DNA from: a virus
Taxonomy: Duplodnaviria > Caudoviricetes
Virus record (IMG/VR): IMGVR_UViG_3300033417_000006
Location: 4,281-68,280 of that record
Length of the DNA: 64,000 bases
Direction: 5' to 3' (one strand)
Shown here: piece after piece, positions 63,601-64,000 of the stretch
How positions within the stretch are numbered: the first letter of the stretch is position 1
Layout of the letters: every line of letters starts with the position of its first letter
Made by a program: the position numbers and the translations under genes
Notes under the pieces: generated by a model
Databases searched by the model: none
What the model was told of the DNA's origin: nothing
The model's input: only the letters and a program-made list of their open reading frames with translations

Positions 63601-63958
63601 CGCCTTTCTTGGCAGGAACCCATACAGCAGGGCATTCCGACAAAAGCTCTCCCAAAGCCAACGTAGCGCGTTTATGGGCAAGCTAGGGGCAGACCAAAGG
63701 GCTTTGGTGGAGGGTGTGGAGCGTAAATTCAGGCGTGGCGCGGATTTGTTGGGGCGAAAAACCAGTTTTGCCAAGGAAGATGAATTTGCGACTGTGCCGG
63801 CCTTGGCCATGATTGCGCCTCGCTACACGACCAGGGGCTTGTCACGACGACGCTCAGTTTTCGCCAGGGGCCCAATCGGGCGACTCGGGAAACCCAGTGC
63901 CAGGTATCGGCGCCGTGGCCTTTCCAGAATGGGGCGCCGCCCCAAGCTTAGCTTCTAA
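48614..63958 (+). CDS. 5114-aa polyvalent (DarB-like) virion/ejection protein: ParB-like domain, SF2 helicase (intein-containing), HExxH metallopeptidase-like motif, helical C-terminal region
   Basis: QPRDR...LGSPIVD...VLSGNGR (ParB-like); LADAAGVGKT, IIDE/CH, SATPG, AGTGIN, QAAGRIWR (helicase); PHEIDH. Confidence 0.85.
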   Translation: MPSTDEEILAEARKQLHGGDPRTAEPTVAGQGHPSRQSIFGVRTSVSDDDEIFAEARRQQKASAIGFREAARREWERTPGEELVPFGDVGRLVTGKSPTWKLYRAAEVVRQGDETDPEYERSLLYLKEYQDEQARIRDESRRKTFMGKVGSGIVGIAPRLPKYLVEFGVTGPLYTLGRKVGSKLLGKGAKSAVSKFAGRQLARATGAAAQTPAVMAGSIGERTIQRLTPYLNITEDETGRLEAAFQDTDDNFLSALTKSFGEGFIETATERSGLHLMKPLNKAATKLGLKRAITARWLEKNPNATVDDLITKLRSKTAWHGPIAEILEEEAGKAARAGVGLEEYKLTTLDELVAMGASFALPEAGFRGLRGLSRLATMRRDYATDERAEQEGREPEYRRTEAEREEERQDRERAIAEQRARETGSRGGRATPGGPVEVREEVTEPKIPIIGGVNSADLRNIASALEPAIDRGLAAAKERGDVFGEARLSTRQGLVRQYLDDPSPANAKRLGRVLGLEINEDAEGVPTIYEALRDRGATMVTEVERPKGEAKAIVEFEDGLWWRTEPTGFRYGPFGSRADAMGRVAKPPSKPAPAAAERVEEVTEDETQPKPPELMPLAGLGAEELAEALNLYADKSAGFDKRSGKTVGFTRTTRITAGLPLWENMTPDERMAEFRSRAQEDFKKASEEAVNPVEYMIERALDPLDPMSGIYKILLLNRGAAIEGGKIRLSPELESLRAGRSLPGAKPPRPIISGSRWSAVTPVKSAGVDGVWGVVDAADLVSSNDSGYDQRFQPRDRRRMASREQIAEIASRLQPERLGASETTDLGSPIVDEHNQVLSGNGRLEAIRLIYDSQSERGAEYKQFVMREAQRLGVDPAKLEGIKQPVLVRRVTNFGEITKGEFARQSNEQQVLGMSDAEKANRDAAMLVDNPGLLDIFLPNESGDVLAASNREFLNKFIQGTGDRATLLNADGSYNVKALGPRVKAAVLGALLGAEDRNTISNLVERAVDLNIANVASALQNAAPRLLKFRGNPYDLSPILNQAIKDLVTIRTEGRKAEEFLGQSTLFGDAQRTAESDYLLLQFAKLGSSKQIAEGLTRYAELASKIDVTTPDIFGAKLATREELLQQAYERKQAPEASQTGLPLAKPPGQAPPTGPQAQPAAKGVPTPPGPAAEAPAVTPFGSENVLISAQRAEELKKRIKDKLKNVNIGIDPTIFSDAVQLGAYYIEGGLHRFSDWAAKMLEDLGDVIKDHLRSIYETARVTIESPSGESRSGQPPGLQPGLLPPGERIVTARPEHTNAADESVIPKELLPHLDPHQRQGSATAIRSMEVRGGMLLADAAGVGKTRQGITVGKYEADRGSKVVIVTPSMVIKQNWKKGTFGGSYAYDSGQMGVKIRLARDGNVNPGEIGITTHENWKDIAANTDGNTVLIIDECFVPGTKIKMADGTLKEIEKIKPGEFVKNASGCGEVEAVSRRWAGSLVKIATEAGSVICTPNHPFLTQHGWIKAGQLSQSHYLKTHDETMRMVWGSVCGENRPAETEILRDFLFGEMEDQPTRIEGDVFDAAIPETSFRRFETGAQLESKTCGGGFTAYDDEQSNADRWSSGKGVSHASTNRPRPVGQGWERNWPNSGGADFVECSTWDEAQPRRFAWKENKGLSDMLQGRCSHARNQDGNRVRRVIPWRFCATTSGPKEGGETVGIRVDSVESVQQKDFTRYGGGNSGVEVYNLQVSGHPSYVLSNGAVVHNCHFLKNQSQRSQHATRAIAKAKSVLFMSATPGDKPEHIYYLARMGIMEGKTVQQQLSDLGMTLVTIDKMVKEADGTWRKRRITFWAPDQRVTDTQRHERFSALFDRMTASGAMLKREISMKGTHVQVLKITLPPEAHDAQQLIIDTALRAYHESHFDDVKGLRKANILMHLRRQQEPFKIASAVMLAQRELAAGRQVLIFVSRVNESEAGFNEYVKTLSGEVETVRHVAMTSEGTAKLLREALEDAGIHDIAEIHGGAEQGALEALSDYQGGRKRVMIATIESAGTGINADDIVGNLPRSMIVVTAPFDAVSNVQAAGRIWRLKTLSGSNYFFLFGDTSVDDWNADIIGSKMKQLGAIVEGQIRKLDISDPDLDSTDDYHETMRGQPAGPSTAVVLEKFPQLEWKPFQTKGGRQMFVASATPAFWKWWNANGKRDNALGVSVTKYKEQWQVWSDKPLIVRGQLREEQPLFGAPETVEQQKARELAEQKRRAEAEAKRKLEERASKKLTGTAGDLGQKDLFGGETDLWAMKEASGDQPTLDGIAQDIYGKDYDDLTQDEKGVTDVTYEAELRVSSKKETRREGIYPEAGEPIVETRPIRQARAQTTADLSRTHEELLADAEQLSADVTRLKHELFNAKGQPYESRLQAQLESAQANLLEITGELNSRMDRLRGIPRWVELQTKSKRGSITSAEELELTGIRAQADREARSERASATQAQLGEPRAMFYSRLTRTVEQSQQGRATGAQWKATIKGSKLGVSQGEMDLVGIEDLEDGKTYTKQEVLDYLKANEVVVKDVTLGKEPVASLPLRRFMYREGIESPTTTDEWLNLSGRIEDKAKALSMRGDDRQAAEFFEMAEAANRAAEGLDPETGSTQGQTRFSTYQLPGAKKGSYREALLTVPEDAGLSKMTDAQMRDFYQQAFGVMPTEAMDTETLRKDIEKKLRYHGTDFVERMGGVKSPMTVWRDGHSQFSDIANPIVRLRFNERTTSDGKRMLFLEEIQPPLKGEFEKMPALFQKNWREIAFKYALKLAASSSESLDLQRLRNPKSIWELGENVFGREMASAMPLEVVDGGVLSAFHHDQVLQAVVSNLPVDVVNNLTRLKISPDSLLRNPSMVFETLPVSARNSIARGVLGAMREVGALLGAKLASGLNRGVDVEILPALMASHLEVREVVGALAPQSLYHDFNARGGLENRPASLGTKQPAPVFYVTGRGIERLPTNGAEFLSTVLPASGRAESGVGATRPNAEGGGARLADVLDWHNKILRETGNSKQGDFTPEISALGWTTGEQQAERYDLSKQVDAIKVNVRTDGNFNIEVKPPGNLGFRAIASGIKPGELENYIGKDLSRKVLEGLDSASEFVYEGVSLKVGGEGLTKLYDVDFRNVVNNLPAVKKSGQKVGTAEIPKPSGRQISEENQLGRMKEGSWVVQEEGGQFLYGTPSEAQATAWAERQGLKNYKVLENDKYGETDLIHSLTLTPQIRESVMGGQALFQLPAGSKGLASTQQLITQQIKAKRGIIEQAPEIAVGLEDILAMVERSDLHSAVKGVLVNFLRKPFAKKLDLSRLTLELRDYLDHGYSGEIIGSLIRIGRDMVTPTTLPHEIDHFLFNFLPQESRDIIEAERRRRLEARARELGIDLKDLPVDLVAGMMESEHFAEALAAGALPRSLYPYINAAEFSAWITSAEAELEYAQRGALRDIINTIMDWLRGLMDGLRRMAGFTPSFEQVMREKLAGRYMNSAESGSAFDKTRRASFAEDPKHAQRLVARAKTRGEEAEKVERQLIATQVAAPIKFIEKHGPKDNPVVSRMLGLFDMQNIMAASETSDAPEYRELREQLKNTAYFHVAAWEVGARFHVQKQRWQEILDDRDVLEKEIGSPGFKAKLKRLSETQLAEEAITDGIKQFMASSSAAVQKAVTRMKTEALSEAELERLMAEVRDGESRKEYEAAIRQAIKDIIRILPSEKLSQLYDIGEHHELESEYNRLKSELYGVEKTTQPMDPNIVRWAFEAMRVAPRETRKIAVSRLIQTSREFSKELSDYEKQVVTEMEASPRKAVTKMLEKQRTLTRKQQMLQLAFEELHKDLQKKIRDYGNHVSAGAVVEAIFVDADVRAYENTVNVDGGIEARPMARVQVNGEWINVKDLHYDVVSGNPIFVRPNGQLLQVNITGDVKQFAAEREKLRALLQEWYDWKDVQDKLAPEVRDPHYQFFLNTISAINHIYLSTRVSQPASAVAPANILSNQPLSDWDMPRFLIDDLANRIGGAVKVLGQNFNRVFLHLRAILADNVYKQKNLARRAVNSLGLKKGRSWGEAYMVMYDKVLKPLAAMAQRPEARFEVGYEIVDGYKVTPELLQYLEWQSKIAAQAFNAVQELVPGERPGLAFTPVIEDAVLGYSFFGKSIPVSRYTLPFGGYSNDALAFGRAYAQAKLEGDRGKQMQLLKNNWELLASYIVDRASMARVVSEFEPAYELLAEKIRAGTIEEKSFDWVASRIAEIMPAETEAEISEEEHLENIGEKLVSELDNLVNFFNKIEGEKSATVHIKTPDKKNSFTARRHDQTLPYYFLDYGWRTSGNFLNFMYNGHTHAYERFAHGLEAVLKDLQRQQSELTTKYKERAERLGITEERSRKELVNENKLAFLNGQTFDQYWGLEKRIRQLKKAIQNTMEVWAGGNDAEMDIRAYMRFQRSVIGGILSGPATLIRNGGGLAYLGNVLARTMRSGVEAGGVAAWNIIWNGMFKYVPSAALGVAKIGVKLPGSAYTFLKTLATTRDVQMSVVKAVSPLIQELSKNVYSRIEDYRTMEENRLMMPIDSVNEFEAKIFDLANAGLIIERRRGLMETTALSLLGFFDDFVLTALTKPVLPRLGDASINSAALASGSTVLNRIEKRLRVLFEQWKKSGAIETRFNFTDRNDPRNVFAGQEIFPGKVETLSRQKMALLEQYFDWTGKTFHEAAYDFIKALHEGREAEFMDKHARLQFAEQIEQEINVAGPLNRPQWTQKAGFFNQIMAPLMGWNVHALRTFPKVLSRPGVNPHTSRLVMWITIATMVLPVVIALNLAQDTGLEELIRLFSKHGLGIERPTRQPWEREGTRSQAIATLIAAVNPVPYLATVVNTALNDMPNRASYDINPVMISKLNDVVTYMGGVVNTGDPLYGLNYLVKGFLPVSEAFLNRIPWLRGTAEALSARRLMTRFGPQDLLREKVGGGGMSRLATPLTPYADRMLNAAMQEDWPEFNAQYAEAVEVARELGRDEPEETVQDAFLGRNPYSRAFRQKLSQSQRSAFMGKLGADQRALVEGVERKFRRGADLLGRKTSFAKEDEFATVPALAMIAPRYTTRGLSRRRSVFARGPIGRLGKPSARYRRRGLSRMGRRPKLSF
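53137..53171 (+). promoter_or_regulatory. Leaderless promoter embedded in the intein coding sequence
   Basis: TGGACA-N16-TATCTT-N7-ATG(53172); the -10 is identical to that of recT. Confidence 0.6.
53172..53846 (+). CDS. Vsr/DUF559-like endonuclease with N-terminal zinc finger, overprinted in the +1 frame inside the intein
   Basis: CEWC...FCGTSC; YKVDVA...IECDGLSHG...QDRKKE..L..LGWIVLRVSN. Confidence 0.85.
   Translation: MMKQCEWCGVRFVGKIDQPKQRFCGTSCSAKWRTSRPESKAMYSTPQFLKHLSEGLKRAHSLNPKLAEAASRRMTTNNPMRIDGVREKVSATLQRIGHGPSVRGGNGTGPTAAEQILLSALPGTKHNHAVSLGKRTKGYPTCYKVDVAMPGIRMAIECDGLSHGAFARQLQDRKKEAKLLELGWIVLRVSNKRILHDTAAVILELKSIIFRFQDIQATSYPMVR
56939..57634 (-). CDS. Zinc-finger HNH homing-type endonuclease nested antisense inside the giant ORF
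   Basis: Three CxxC...FCSxxC modules; HRWIAEQAIGRNL...EVVHHVNG...DNRLENL...HSTIH. Confidence 0.9.
   Translation of the reverse strand: MPVQNICETCSSTFSVRPSRADARFCSTACRKNGAQKLCPVCRKPFYAPSCYIKNGRGLFCSKRCRAIFQAPTRIEIMVKGLRGKRSHNFSDLQMACHQCGKDFHIYPSIEATRQFCSKECANLAHRTENPSRYRVTSRDGKCLKDHRWIAEQAIGRNLESCEVVHHVNGKIRDNRLENLVVMKSGQHSTIHNLQRHRRCHFSPKDILTKFPNALWVSEALKVKALAARCG
57635..57670 (-). promoter_or_regulatory. Leaderless promoter of the antisense HNH gene
   Basis: TTGCTT-N18-TAGGAT-N6-ATG; same -35 as terL and same -10 as the head operon promoter. Confidence 0.6.
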
Positions 63959-64000
63959 TTCACCCATGGTTGGGTAACGGTCCAACCCGAGTGAGGACGT

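Noticed and set aside
1-64000. Integrated prophage with host flanks, or terminal repeats at the window ends
   Set aside because: No integrase/att pair or intact host operon seen; first and last bases are unrelated; the genome probably extends beyond the window
1-64000. Alternative genetic code
   Set aside because: Very long ORFs are intact under the standard code, and TAA, TAG and TGA all serve as stops at coupled gene junctions

Overview
The whole window reads as one contiguous tailed-phage genome segment, probably most of a ~65-70 kb short-tailed (podovirus-like) phage. I see no integrase, no tape-measure or tail-tube gene, no flanking host operon and no CRISPR array. No tRNA/rRNA was evident by eye. 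Layout: (i) 17-2551 (+) glycosyltransferase/methyltransferase cluster. (ii) 2526-14381 (-) early/replication genes: C5 DNA methyltransferase fused to a lysozyme-like domain, small modular ORFs, DUF6745-like repeat protein, RusA-like resolvase, minimal PolX, primase, SF2 helicase. (iii) 14400-15450 control region with a decayed host pntB fragment. (iv) 15459-22143 HNH, replication initiator, PD-(D/E)xK nuclease, RecT. (v) 22248-30970 (+) tail fibre and lysis-type membrane genes, with a solo TnpB element. (vi) terminase large subunit on the minus strand, divergent from portal/scaffold/capsid/tail/ejection genes. (vii) a 5114-aa polyvalent protein (48614-63958). The most striking signal is stealth selfish endonucleases that leave the host frame open. 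An intein in the DExH motif of the giant protein carries a Vsr/DUF559-like endonuclease in the +1 frame, with its own promoter. A zinc-finger HNH gene lies antisense and codon-in-register inside the same giant ORF, also with its own promoter. The TnpB element has readable boundaries: it sits after TTGAC in the last codons of a spanin-like gene, supplies a new stop, and builds its -35 box partly from the target site. Other notable points: about nine leaderless sigma70-type promoters, a RusA split across two overlapping frames, and a virion protein fused to a degenerate metallophosphoesterase. All family assignments come from motifs recognised by eye; no searches were run.
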